This document shows, piece after piece, positions 50,382 through 63,455 of a stretch of DNA of 64,000 nt (position 1 is its first letter; every line of letters starts with the position of its first letter). The translations under genes and the position numbers were made by a program. The notes below the pieces were generated by a model. That model was not told the origin of the DNA. It searched no databases and saw nothing but the letters and a program-made list of their open reading frames with translations. This DNA comes from Leucoraja ocellata (lineage: Eukaryota). The stretch spans positions 2,480,001-2,544,000 of the forward strand of contig JAWMAR010000138.1 of the NCBI GenBank assembly GCA_036785375.1, read 5' to 3'.

Positions 50382-50885
50382 CTACATGATGTTCTACAGT
50401 CTCACCGATGTAGAATCTACAATTCTACATCGGTGAGACTAAGCGGAGGTTGGGCGATCGTTTCGCCGAACACCTCCGCTCGGTCCGCAAGAAACTACCT
50501 GACCTCCCAGTGGCTCAGCACTTCAACTCCCCCTCCCATTCCCAATCCGACCTCTCTGTCCTGGGTCTCCTCCATTGCCAGAGTGAGCAACACCGGAAAT
50601 TGGAGGAACAGCACCTCATATTCCGCTTGGGGAGCCTGCATCCGACGGGCATGAACATTGAATTCTCCCAATTTTGTTAGCCCTTGCTGTCTCCTCCCCT
50701 TCCTTATCCCTCGAGCTGTCTCCTCCCATCCCCCAGCCCTCGGGCTCCTCCTCCTCCCTTTTTCCTTCCTTCTCCCCGCCACCCCCTATCAGACTGAAGA
50801 AGGGTTTCGGCCCGAAACGTTACCTATCTCCTTCGCTCCATAGATGCTGCTGCACCCACTGAGTTTCTCCAGCATTTTTGTGTAC
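50382..50885 (+). mobile_element. Penelope-like element 3' fragment (GIY-YIG C-terminus + pLTR) in the putative CD7-like 3' UTR
   Basis: YIGETKRRLGDRFAEHLRSVR...PVAQHFNS..H..SDL.VLGL...EEQHLIFRLGSLHP.GMN; 15-bp TSD catcatgtatataat (50367-50381 / 50886-50900). Confidence 0.88.
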
Positions 50886-50971
50886 CATCATGTATATAAT
50901 GTACAGACTCACTGTTCCATTACAATGTACATGCAATATACATTGTATATATATTTTTAGCTTTCATTTAA

Positions 50972-50977
50972 AATAAA
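50972..50977 (+). promoter_or_regulatory. Candidate polyadenylation signal of the CD7-like gene
   Basis: AATAAA in non-repeat sequence about 1 kb after the stop, followed by a T/GT-rich tract. Confidence 0.35.
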
Positions 50978-53900
50978 TCTCTATGTTTCACCCCACCTTC
51001 AGTGTTTTTCAATATCTGTGAGCTGTTCCACACAACGGGGAGGAAACTCATTCTTCAATCTGTGTTGCACTTGCAACAGAAGTGTGAAAAATTTGTCACA
51101 TTTGTTTCTTTGAGTGGCTTCTGATCTTCAGCTATCGTTCCCACCCTTGATTGAAAAAGGATCTTTATACTGAAGAAAACAGTGAATGCAAATCTTTACA
51201 ACAATGCATCCACATCATTGTGTCAATTATTGTCATCTTTCTGTGAATGTGAATGTTGCTGGCACTGTCGAAGCTGAACTCTGAACTGAGTTGTCAAATG
51301 CCAACAACATTGGTGGGTCAGGAATCACACTTGTAGGTCTAACTAGGTGGAGGGCAGTAGATGGGCACGCAATGAAATGCAGATGCTACAATCTTGCTGA
51401 GAACATAAAGTGCTGGAGTAAGTCATTAGGTCAGGAAGCCCGAGAGCGGATAGAGAGAGCTGGATGAAGACGGCATGAGTACCGGGCTCGTCCCTGGTGC
51501 ATTGCATGTCGGGCCGGGCTCCGCGGCTCCCCTGCCTGTGAAGTCTCGCTGATTTTAAACCCCCCCCACCCCAAACTCGGAGCTTCTTCCTTCGGCCTGG
51601 GGTTAAACTTCACCGCACTCCCCGCCACCCTCACTTGGTTATAGTGGACAATTGACAATACTGACACTATCCCCCTCCCCCATCCCCCGCACATGGTTTG
51701 TTATTGCAGGGATTTCTTGTACAACATGGAAACAGGGCCTTCGGCCCATCAAGTCCATGCCGCCCATTGATCACCCGTTCACACTAGTTCTATGTTATCT
51801 CACTTTCGCATCCACTCCCTGCACACTACGGGGAATTTACAGAAGCCAATTAACCTACAAACCTGCACGTCTTTGGAATGTGGCAGGAAACTGGAGCACC
51901 CGGAGAAAACCCAGGCAGTCACAGCGAGAACGTACAAACTCCGTACAGACAGCACCCGTGTGCAGATTGAACCTGGGTCACTGGCACAGTGAGGCACCAG
52001 CTCTACTGCTGTGCTAGTGTGCCGCCCTTAATTGTTATCCAACAACTAATTAGTATTATCCCTCCAACTTCTGAGACCAGCTTTCAGAAGTACCAGCATC
52101 AAACAGAAACAAAAACAGTTTCTCTCAATTCCTTTCTTTATGCCCAAATCTATTATTTTGGTGGAACAGGAAACTGCAGATGCCGAAATTTAGACCAGAA
52201 AACAAACTCAAAAAAAGGAACTCAGCTGGTTGGGCAGCATTCAGATTCACATTCAGATTCAACTTTAATTGTCATTGGCAGTGTATAGTACAGAGACAAC
52301 GAAATGCAGTTAGCATCTCCCTGGAAGAGCGACATAGAATATGGCTTCTGTGGAGTGTAGAGCATTCTGTAGAGCTACCATGTGGGGGGATGGTAGGAAA
52401 CGATGATGTTTTGTGTTGACACCTTGCACACAGTCCTGATGTAGGGAACACCGAGTCCTGACCAAAAAGGACCCGACCATAAACGTCACCCATCCTCTTT
52501 CTCCACAGATGCTGCCTGACCAGTAGTGTTACTGCACCACTTTGTGTGTATCGTTTCATATCTTGCATTGTTATCCTTGTGGCATCAAACACATGCGTAC
52601 ACCTGCCAAAAACAGACATTACTTGAGTTTCCTCTTGCATTCACACATTGATAAAGTAAGTGGTTGAGGTTGTAAAATATAGGTCACGCACCTCATGATG
52701 CAATGGCAGCAGAATGGGTAAACAGTGATCTTAATCCACAAAGGTTTTATGGTGGCTGTACAGAGCTTCAGTACACACTTCAGCAGGTACAGGATACTGA
52801 GTTTGATGATCAGCCATGATCATATTGAATGGCGGTGCAGGCTCGAAGGGCCGAATGGCCTACTCCTGCATCTATTTTCTATGTTTCTATGTTTCTATGT
52901 ACATCTACAGGCTGGGTTGTGACAGTCAGATGTATTCACTTGCACCGGGACACCAACCATGCCACTGTGCCACCCTAAGGATGCCACCATTACACGTCCC
53001 AATTCTTAATGCAAATTCCAATTTACCATTCTTGGACCTTAATACTGGTCTAAATTCCATTCAGCCTTTGTACTTTTTGGACGAAACCTTTCAGGATCCT
53101 GCCCTGTTCCCTGAAAGGAAGTCTTGAAAATCTATATCATAATTCTGACCATTTTGAATTTACAGATTTCACAAGTTTATCTTGAAGTTTCCAAGTAACA
53201 GGGACGGTGACTAGATCTAATGAGATAGAAATAATTGTACAAGTTGAAAGATAGGAGCAGTTGAAAGTGTATATTAACGCTGACTTTAGGCACTTCTTGT
53301 TATCTCTATCATGTAGATGTCACAATTTGAATCAGTTTCAGTCTGCCTCTTTCGATCTATCTTTCCATCTGTCTGTCTCATTCTCTCCGTCTGTCTCTCT
53401 CTCTCTCTCGGCCTCAAAAAAGCAACATTTCACTGAACCATGCAATCAAAACAAAACTACAACAATATGCAAATGAATTCCACCGAGTTCTTGATTTATA
53501 AGACTAAACAATATGTTATCTTTTGGGAAAATATTCTTGATGTAAAACTGAATTTTGAATCAACGTCTCACGATCTTTCTGTTATGAATTGAAAAAACCT
53601 GTAGCAGTGATTTTACAAAAGCATATTCAGAAAACAAAATGTTAAAGGTGATATTTCAATGTGATGTGAGAAAACCCACACGGTCACAGGGAGAACGTGC
53701 CGACTCCACACAAACAGCAGCCGAGGTTAGGATTGAATCCGGGTCTCTTGTGCCGTGTGGCAGCAGTCCCATTAGTTCAGAAAAATATTCTAAAAAAAAA
53801 ACCGACAAGCATCCACGCAGTGTCTCTTTTGGATTCAGAAACCACTTTGTAATCGTTAGAATCCCTGCAACGGACTGTTCCAGCTGCTACGGTCAGGCAA

Positions 53901-56900
53901 ACGCCTCCGTTGCCATGCGGTGAGAACGGAGAGGTTGAGAAGGAGTTTCTTCCCAGAGGCAATTCGGACTGTAAACGCCTATCTCACCAGGGACTAACTC
54001 TACAGAACATTTTTCCTTCCATTATTTATTATGTAAAAGAATATGTGTGTTATGATTGTGTTTATAATTTGTTTGGTTGTTTTGTTGTTTGTCTTTTGCA
54101 CAAAAGTCCGCGAGCATTGCCACTTTCATTTCACTGCACATCTCGTATGTGTATGTGACAAATAAATTTGACTTGACTTGACTAGAAGCACACTTGAATC
54201 TTACCTGTCTACAGTTCACCAAACAGTACATGTTACTGGCTATGTATACACGATCCCTGAATGACAATCATCTTTAGAATACGAACCTCTGCTTTTCTAA
54301 TATTTGATGCGTTAATATACCTTGCTATAATTGTTTTCTTATATTGACTGGTGGGCAGAAATGCTTTCATGTGTATTGATAGATATTTAGTTAAAGTTGG
54401 AGAAACTACCATTGAGAATACTTTGGTGGCAATTCGTAATTTTATTTGTGTGGATACAATACCTCCTCGTTTTTATGGTTCACTTATTATGTATTGATAT
54501 TCACTAAAAAGTATTGAACAAAATGATTTTGTGGCTGTCCTTTGGAGTATGTTTGCACAAGCATTAATACTGAAACATGGCTCACAATGGTTACCTTAAC
54601 ATGCCACCAGTTGCGATTGTTTTCAGTCACGTACATCACGTACATGACCTTTCCAGCTGGCATTTGCAAAGTGGATTTTTTTTTCTTCAGAAAGCTCGTC
54701 TTTCTAAATCAAAAGGTTTGTGGTTCCACGTCAAATGCATTTACGGCACAGCCGTTCACACCTGTCATTACTAATATAAAAATAGACAAACCTTCCCAAT
54801 ATGTGAAACAGGCTGGGTACTTGACTGATGGAAGAATGATAAAAAGGATTTGAAGGAGCTGTTTTAATGGGATTATGTTTATTTCTCTGCTAATTAGTTG
54901 AATAACTTCTGCATTTGTAACACTCAACGGTTCAATACACAAAAACATTTATTTGTGACATGTGCAACTGCACAGTGACATTATTTTTGCATATATTACA
55001 CCGCTATGTTTGGCAACATTATTCAAAGTCCGATCGGCCCGCACGCTTGATGTTCTTTGACTGGAATGCCAGAGGTTGTGTCGAGACCTGATAGAGGTAT
55101 AGAAAATGATGAGAGACATAGATAGGGTAGACAGTCAGAACCTTTCTCCCAGGAGGGAAATATCAAATACTAGAGGGTATATCTTTAAAATCAGAAGGGC
55201 AAAGTTTAATGGAGATGTGCAGGAAAAGTACTTTACACAGAGGGAGGTGAGTGCCTGGAACACGTTGTCAGGGGACAAATATGATAATGGCATTTAAGAT
55301 CATTTTGGATATGCACATGCAGGGGAAGAAGGGCCTGTTCCTGTGCTGTACTGTTATATATTCAATGTTCCCACAGATTGAATTATTCAGCTGTTTATAT
55401 ACTCATAATCCTTAAATACTTTTATTTTCTTTGGTTACTAGAATTTTTCTGCACAAAAACATTAATCTCAGGACCGATGAACTGCAATGGCAGCCTCACC
55501 AACAGTCTGTGTCGACTATTCCTGCTTTGTTGTTTATAGTATGTGTTAAATGTATGTTTTAGTGTTCTTCAGCTTGTTTTATGTGTGGGGGAGGTTGTGG
55601 TGATGGTGGTGGGGGGAGGGGGGGGGGGGTTTGGGGGGGAAACCTTTTTTAATCTCTTACCTCGACTGAGATGCGATTTCTTTCCGCATCGTATCTCCGT
55701 CCACAATGCGGCCTAACATCATGGCAGCAGATGGTTTGACTGCTCCGACCGCGGGAGACTAAGAGGAAGAAGATTAGACTTTATTGCCTTCCATCACAGT
55801 GAAGAATGTGGGGAATCCACTATGATGAATGGTGACTATTATGTAGTTGTGTGCATTGTTGCTTTTTTTTAGCATGGCTGTATGGTAATCCGAGTTTCAC
55901 TATACCTTAATAAGCGAGTTTGGTATCTCAATAACCGCAAGGAATCATGAGATTTGTCAAGGGTCATTCGTGATAAAATGAAAGTGAACGCAGCGCTATA
56001 TAAACTGTGTATAAATTGGTAACTATTCTACCAAAGAATTAATCTAGAATTCTGTCAACTCAATAGCTTCCTTTCTTGTTCTGCTGTTCACACACCACTT
56101 ACACAGTCCCAGTTCTAGTTCCGTTCATTAATCTGCAATTATGAGATATTCAAAAAGTTAAAGAATTTATTATTTTCATTTTATCCTTAATGTGTTTGCT
56201 ACTGGAATGAGAAAGTATCACTTGTGTTTGAAACATTTTTTTATCTTTATTCATAATATTTGTGTAAAAATATATTTCATCTGAGGCAGGCAGCGACTGT
56301 ATCAGTGTGATGTGGGCTGGTGCTTTACTTACAGGCGGTGTGAATGTACCGTTAAGGCAAAGATTCGTCTCCGAGGAAAACCAAGTACAGGGTTGGCCCT
56401 GTGAAGGAGCCACCAATCCGATATATGACATTTAACTGTGAATTGCCTGCCCTTTAGTATTGGATAGATTGAGTGGAGGGTCTGTGCTGTTCCAAGTTGG
56501 CGGTGGTTGCGGTGCGTTTTCCTCAGCCATCTTCCCAGTGCACGTTGACCAGCTCCGTTTGCCAGCTCTTGTTAGCAGAGGCTCTTTGTGCAGGTGTTAC
56601 CCGAAGCCCAAACGTTTTGTGGAGGTTCTGCATTGGGATCAAGCACGCATCGAGCTAGCGAGAGGGCTGTCAGATCAGTTCAGCCCAGGTTGCCGAGTGG
56701 CCGAAGGGCAGATTTTAATGCGTTGTTATTAAACTGTTCCGTCTGTGCGGCATTGCCAGCTCTCCCTCTCTCTCCCAGATCCCCCACCCCATCTGTCGAC
56801 AAAGTCTGACTGAGAAAATGCTCCAACTCATATTACGGGTTGGCTCCGCATTTGCCCACTCGCTGAGGCGGGCAGCACCTCCTTCAAAGAGCAAGAACAG

Positions 56901-59157
56901 GTCCCATCAGCTGGTGAGCTGCGCCCCACTCCTGAGTGAAGCCGCTAGTTTGGCTGCGGTTCAAATGGCTGTAAATTCCCATAATTATCACCGCCTGGTC
57001 ACCCGGACCCGGCTCCCAACTATGTGCCCTGACAGACTGGAAACAACACCAGAAGTTAAAGTGACAGCATCTTTATTTAAGCCAACCCACCTCGAATGTT
57101 TAACCAGCCTGTTTGAATCCAATCTGAACTTTCCAACCTACCCCCACACAGCACATTCGCCTCGTTTCCTTCAATCCAGGAAGGTTGTTTAGATAAGAAT
57201 GTAAGGACTGTCTCAAATTGGTTGACCACACAACTTGTAATTTGTGTAAATCAATATCAAATTTGAATGGCTGTGACTCAGGTTAATGCCAGGGAATTGA
57301 TAATTGACAGGTTTGTTCCAGGTATTCTTGGTTTTCAAGGCTGGTGCTGTATTGTCAATAATTTAAATAGATGCACTTGTGGATTTGTGCAGCCTGCAGT
57401 ACGTTGTGGCTTACCGCCGACATATTTGACGGATACATTTATTTATAAATCTCATTGAAATGAATACGCAAGTACGTACACACACAGTAGCTCAGCTGAC
57501 GAGAATGTTTATCCCGAATGACCCATGACCTGGGCATGCGCAGTTGTAATACCGAACTCGCTTGTTGGTACATGTGACAATAAACAGACCTTTGAACCTT
57601 TGAACCTTTGAACCTTTGATTCATTGTTTTGTCAGGCTTCTCACTGTTGTGGCTGAACCCACAGTCCAGGTCTGGTTGTATTTCTGGTCAATGTTGACTC
57701 AAAAATGTTGTGGTTGGACAATTTTACACGTGTTGTTTATCCAGAGTCTCTGCTCGTAATCGACTCATACACATGACGTTCAAGGTTGTGATTAAACTTT
57801 AGAGATACAGTGGAAAAACAGGGCCTCCAGCCCACTGATCATACCACACACTAGCACTATCACACACCAGGGATGTTAAACAGATCATGTCTGCCTGCAC
57901 GTGATCCATATTTAGTTTGGTTTAGAGATGCTACGGGGAAACAGACCCTTCGGCCCACCAAGTCTGTGCTGACCAGTGATCCCCATGCACTAGTACTATC
58001 CTACACACCAGGGAAACTTTATAATCTTTACCATAGCCAATAAACCTACAAAACTCCACGTCTTTGGTGTGTGAAGGATACCAGGGCACCCGGAGAAAAC
58101 CACGCGGTCCGTACAGACAGTACCCGCAGTTGGGATTGAACCTGTTCTCTGGCGCTGTAAGGCAGCAACTCCAGCACTGTTCCACTGTGCCAGCCTAGTT
58201 GCTGGATAATTGTTTGCCTAAATGAGCCACATTGGTGCTTGGAGCAGGCAGCATTCAAGGGTTAAATCCCACTAGTGCATTCAAATGACAACATTAAGGA
58301 GAACCACGGTAAAAGCATTTTCTTGAATAACCTGAATTTTAATGAACTTTAACATTCACCCACTTTGTTTGGACTTAGGTCATTTTACCTTTGTACGATT
58401 GGACCCTGGTTGATAGTTTGGGAATAGGTACACTGTTAAAAGATCTTGATGGATTTGAGCTGATCAGGTCTCGAGTTAGGTGGCGAGGATTACTGCCTTC
58501 TGATTTTTACTAACTTCTTCTCTTTAGAGATACAGCACGGAAACAGGCCCTTCGGCCCACCGATTCCGCATCGACCAGCGATCACCCCGTACAATTGCAC
58601 TTTCCTGCACACCAGGGGCAATTTACAATTGTTTTTACTGAAGCTAATTAACTTACAAACCAGTACATTTTTGGAGTGAGATCACAGGGAAAGCATGTAA
58701 ACTGTACAGACAGCACCTGTAGTCAGCATCAAACCCAGGTCTCTGGCTCTCCAAGGCAGCAACCCTACCACTGCGCCACCCTGGTTATTACAGCTCAATC
58801 CAGTTCAATCGCACATATTTGACATTATTTTTCCAAGAGCATATTTTACGCTGCTACAAATGATATTTGCAACTTTGAACTAGACTAAGTGGTCACCTAG
58901 TGTGACCAGGGGCTGATTAGCATAAACATGCAACATAGGACATAGATCTGTGCAGCACAGGGAAAGCATCTTCAACCTATAATGTCTGTGCCGAGCATAA
59001 AGGCAAGTTAAACAAATCTTCTCTGCCTGCACGTGATCCATATTTAGTTTAGATATGCGGTGCCCAAAGAGGCCCTTCAGCCCACTGAGTCCACACCAAC
59101 CAGGGATCCCCTATACTAGCACTGTCCTACACACTAGGGACAATTTACAATCTTTAC

Positions 59158-59692
59158 CAAGTTCATGTTCAAGGTAGTTTATTGTCATGTCCCCGATAGG
59201 ACAATTAAATTCTTGCTTTGCTTCAGCACACAGAACATAGTAGGCATTTACTACAAAACAGATCAGTGTGTCCATACACCATAATATAAATATATACACA
59301 CATGAATAAATAAACTGATAAAGTGCAAATAACAGATAATGGGTTATTAATAATCAGAGTTTTGTCTGAGCCAGGTTTAATAGCCTGATGGCTGTGGGGA
59401 AGTAGCTATTCCTGAACCTGGTTGTTGCAGTCTTCAGGCTCCTGTCCCTTCTACCTGAAGGTAGCAGGGAGATGAGTGTGTGGCCAGGATGGTGTGGGTC
59501 TTTGATGATACTGCCAGCCTTTCTGAGGCAGCGACTGCGATAAATCCCCTCGATGGAAGGAAGGTCAGAGCCGATGATGGACTGGGCAGTGTTTACTACT
59601 TTTTGTAGTCTTTTCCTCTCCAGGGCGCTCAAGTTGCCGAACCAAGCCACGATGCAACCGGTCAGCATGCTCTCGACTGTGCACCTGTAGAA
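59158..59692 (-). mobile_element. Rex1/Babar 3' fragment inserted into a V-SINE
   Basis: Minus-strand FYRCTVESMLTGCIVAWFGN...FRNSYFPTAIRLLN; SINE halves on both sides. Confidence 0.85.
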
Positions 59693-60779
59693 GCCAATTA
59701 ACCTTCGAACCCATACATCTTTGGAGTGTGGGAGGAAACCAGAGCACTGGGGGAAAACCAACGCTGTCACGTTGAGAACATACAAGCTTCGTACAGACAG
59801 AAGCCGCAGTCACGATCGAACGGGTCTCTGGCGCTGTAAGGCAGCAACTCTACCGCTGTGCCACCCATCTCTCTCCATCCCCAGCACATCAATGTGCTTA
59901 TTGTAAAGCGTCTTAAATGGTATTATATCTGCTCCACCATCACCGCATACCCGGCACCCCACACCCTCTGTGTAAAACCGTTGCCCTGCATATTTCCTTT
60001 AAAGTTTGCTCTTTCACACTCTCATCAAATGCATCTCATATAATGACCAGCCTCACACAAACCACAATGTCAGTGGACTCTGCACCTGACCCATTGTGGT
60101 GGAAGCTCAGACATTTATTTTGTGCAAAATAAATGTGAGAAAAGCTGAGGAAACCAAAATTTACGCACACACGGTTTTGTGAACTAATTACAATGCTGTT
60201 ATTCGGCAAACGTCAGCTCTGGGAAATCAAACCACTTATGAGTCCATAAAACCTAATTTAGTTTCGCCATATCGAAGCAATGGCCAAGAAAGCACACCAA
60301 TGCCTCTACATATTTAACCATAACCATATAACCATATAACAATTACAGCACGGAAACAGGCCATCTTGATCCTTCTAGTCCGTGCCGAACACGTATTCTC
60401 CCCTAGTCCCATACACCTGCGTTCAGACCATAACCCTCCATACCTTTCCCGTCCATATAACTATCCAATTTATTTTTAAATGATAAAAACCAACCTGTCT
60501 CCACCACCTTCACTGGAAGCTCATTCCACACAGCCACCACTCTCTGAGTAAAGAAGTTCCCCCTCATGTTACCCCTAAACTTCTGTCCCTTAATTCTCAA
60601 GTCATGTCCCCTTGTTTGAATCTTCCCTACTCTCAGTGGGAAAAGCTTACCCACGTCAACTCTGTCTATCCCTCTCATCATTTTAAAGACCTCTATCAAG
60701 TCCCCCCTTAACCTTCTGCGCTCCAAAGAATAAAGCCCTAACTTGTTCAACCTTTCTTTGTAAGCCTTTAGAAGGAAGC

Positions 60780-61355
60780 CTTAGGAAGTTTGGCATGTCC
60801 CCTACAACTCTCACAAACTTCTACAGAGGTCCCATAGAAAGCATTTTATCGGGATGCTTCACAGCATGCAAGAAATTGCAGTTAATTGTGGACGCAGCTC
60901 AGACCATCACACTAGCCAACCTCCCTTCCATTGACTCGATCTACAATTCATGCTCCTTGGGAAGGCCACCAGCATAATCAAGGACCTGTTTCACCCCGGT
61001 CACTCCCTCTTCTCCCCTCTCCCATCAGGCAAGAGAAGCAGGAGTGTGAAAACGCACACCTCCAGACTTCAGGGACAGTTTCTTCCCAGCCATTATCAGG
61101 CAACTGAACCATCCTATCAACAACTAGAAAGCAGTCCCAAGCTGCTATCTACCTCACTGGAGAACCTCGGACTATCTTTAATCGCACTTTATTGGACTTT
61201 ATCTAGCACTAAGCATTATTTCCATTATCATATATCTGTGCACTGTGGATGGTTCAATTGTAATCATGTATTGTCTTGGCTGGTTAGCACGCAACAAAAA
61301 AGGTTTTCACTGTACCTCAGTACATATGGCAATAAACTAAACTAACCCCAACTAA
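60780..61355 (+). mobile_element. Older Rex1-related 3' fragment (a similar copy lies at about 37095-37620)
   Basis: TLTNFYRGPIESILSGC, HPGHSLFSPLPSGKR; (TAAAC)n tail. Confidence 0.7.
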
Positions 61356-61616
61356 ATGTAAATGTGTACAACACCGTCATTGGTTTTCATTTGAGAAAAC
61401 ATGTTACTAGTTTCTTAGTTCCTGTCACACCTCAAAAAATCCTGTGGGAAAATGATCAATTTTTTCACCTGATACATTTGCAAAGAACTGGTAAACCGCT
61501 TCATGTCAGTGACTTGGGGAAAGAAAGTGGAGAGTGTGAGTGATGACATAGAATCAGTGAAGAAATAAGGACTGTATTTACTGCTTTACAAATCACTACA
61601 CAAAGTACTGGAGTAA

Positions 61617-63455
61617 AGGGCCTGTCCTACTTGGGAGACCTCCACCACGAGTTCTGGCGACCTTAAGCGACTAAAACAAAATCAAGGTTTCGGTGACCTA
61701 CGACCTACGACCTTTCTTGACTATGTGTACGACCTCCTACAACTATGTTGAAGACCTCCCTGGACTGCAAAGAAGTCCTCCTTTGACCTCCTTTGACCTC
61801 TTTCGACCTCCTACAACTATGTTGAAGACTGGCTTCAACCATGTACGTTTTACTCGAGGATGGTCTCTGGCAAATTGGTCCGTGAATGAGCACGACCCCC
61901 TTCGACCTCAGAGGACCACACCGACAACCAACAACGACCAGTGGCAAGTGTCTACAGCTCAAATGATCACCTGATAAAATTATGTCATGTCTGCAATTTT
62001 TCTCACTAAAACATGCCTCCCAGGTTTTGTTTTAATCATTCTGAACCATGCAAGCAAGGAAGGAACTAGTTTGGAGGATGTTAGTAAAACATACAACCAC
62101 TGCTGTTTGCAGTAGCCCTTTTGCTTCAACAGCCTTTTAAGAAAGGCAGAAGGGGAAGAACAAGGGTGAAGAGTAATTACAAGAAGAGGTCTCAATGGGT
62201 GAATGGAGGTGGTGGGGTCAAAGTTTAAGGATAAGAGGGAAGCCTTGTAGGTCCGAGATGAGAAAATCATTTTTTACACAGAGAGTGGTGAATCTGTGGA
62301 ATTCTCTGCCACAGAAGGTAGTTGAGGCCAGTTCATTGTCTATGTTTAAGAGGGAGCTAGATGTGGCCCTTGTGGCTACAGGGATCAGGGGGTATGGAGA
62401 GAAGGCAGGTACGGGATACTGAGTTGGATGATCACCCATGATCATATTGAATGGCGGTGCAGGCTCGAAGGGCCGAATGGCCTACTCCTGCACCTATTTT
62501 CTATGTTTCTATGTGATGGACTGTCCCAGTAAACCAGATGATTGGAAGAAAGTGGCGCTGGGCTTTGACAAAAGATGGAACTTTTTACGCACACATGTGG
62601 GGCAGTGGATGGCAAGCGTGCCATTCTTATCCCTGCCCCTGTACCCCTCATTTTCCTTATCGTACAGGATGGCATTCTGCTGGAACCATTCCTCAAGGTC
62701 CCCCTCCTGCTGCCTGGTGAAGGTGTAGGGCATAACCTTTCTCCAGCCCTCCCTCACCACCAATGGGGCATCTGCCTCTGATGCTGTGTCAGACACAAGA
62801 GAAAGGGCTGCTTTGCTGCCTTCAAATGAGGCAGTGAAGGATGGGGTGGTGGTGGGGACATATACTAGCACCCTGGTCTCCTCCTCCAGGCGTCTCTCAT
62901 GCAGGGCTACCTCCTCCTGCACTATCACCTCCTGCCACTCCTCCCCCTGGGTGGGCAATACCCGCATGGCAGGTTTTTTTAGGGTTGTGCCATTCCCCTG
63001 TGCTGCTGCCTTTTGTGTGCCATCTCTGAAACACAATTCTCCTCTCCAACAAAACTCTCCAGCTATGAATGAACATGCCCTGGAGTGACAGAGGTGACGT
63101 TCTGCTGTTTACATCACCTTTTTTTTCTACTGACTTTTTTTCACCCCAGAGCTATTACCTTCAACTACCTACGACTAGCATCACGACTTACTACGATTGA
63201 CTTCAACTAGACCTACGACTAAAAAAGTATCGATTTTTCCCACAGCGACCTATTTTTTAGTCGCGGTCAATTTTTAACATATTGATAAAATGTGCCGCGA
63301 CTTAGCTGAAGCCTCGACCACGCGGAGACCACTCTCGACCATGAAGGAGAGTGACGAAGACCTCCTACGACCTCATGGCAACCTTCCCGCAACTATGGGT
63401 CGCGGGCAAGATCGCCAGAACTCGCGGTGGAGGTCACCCGAGTGAGGCAGGGGCT
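61617..63455 (+). mobile_element. PIF/Harbinger DNA transposon, internally deleted
   Basis: About 46-bp imperfect TIRs (AGGGCCTGTCCTACTTGGGAGACCTCCACCACGAGTTCTGGCGACC vs AGCCCCTGCCTCACTCGGGTGACCTCCACCGCGAGTTCTGGCGATC). TAA TSD at 61614-61616 / 63456-63458 splits a Penelope-derived repeat. Transposase remnant PSKPDDWKKVALGFDKRWNF..CGAVDGK (+); MADF-like remnant EGDLEEWFQQNAILYDKENEGY (-). Confidence 0.88.

Noticed and set aside
1974-62445. Recurrent ORF MIMADHPTQYPVPAFSPYPLIP... as a multigene family
   Set aside because: It is the antisense reading of the CR1/HER1 3' end.
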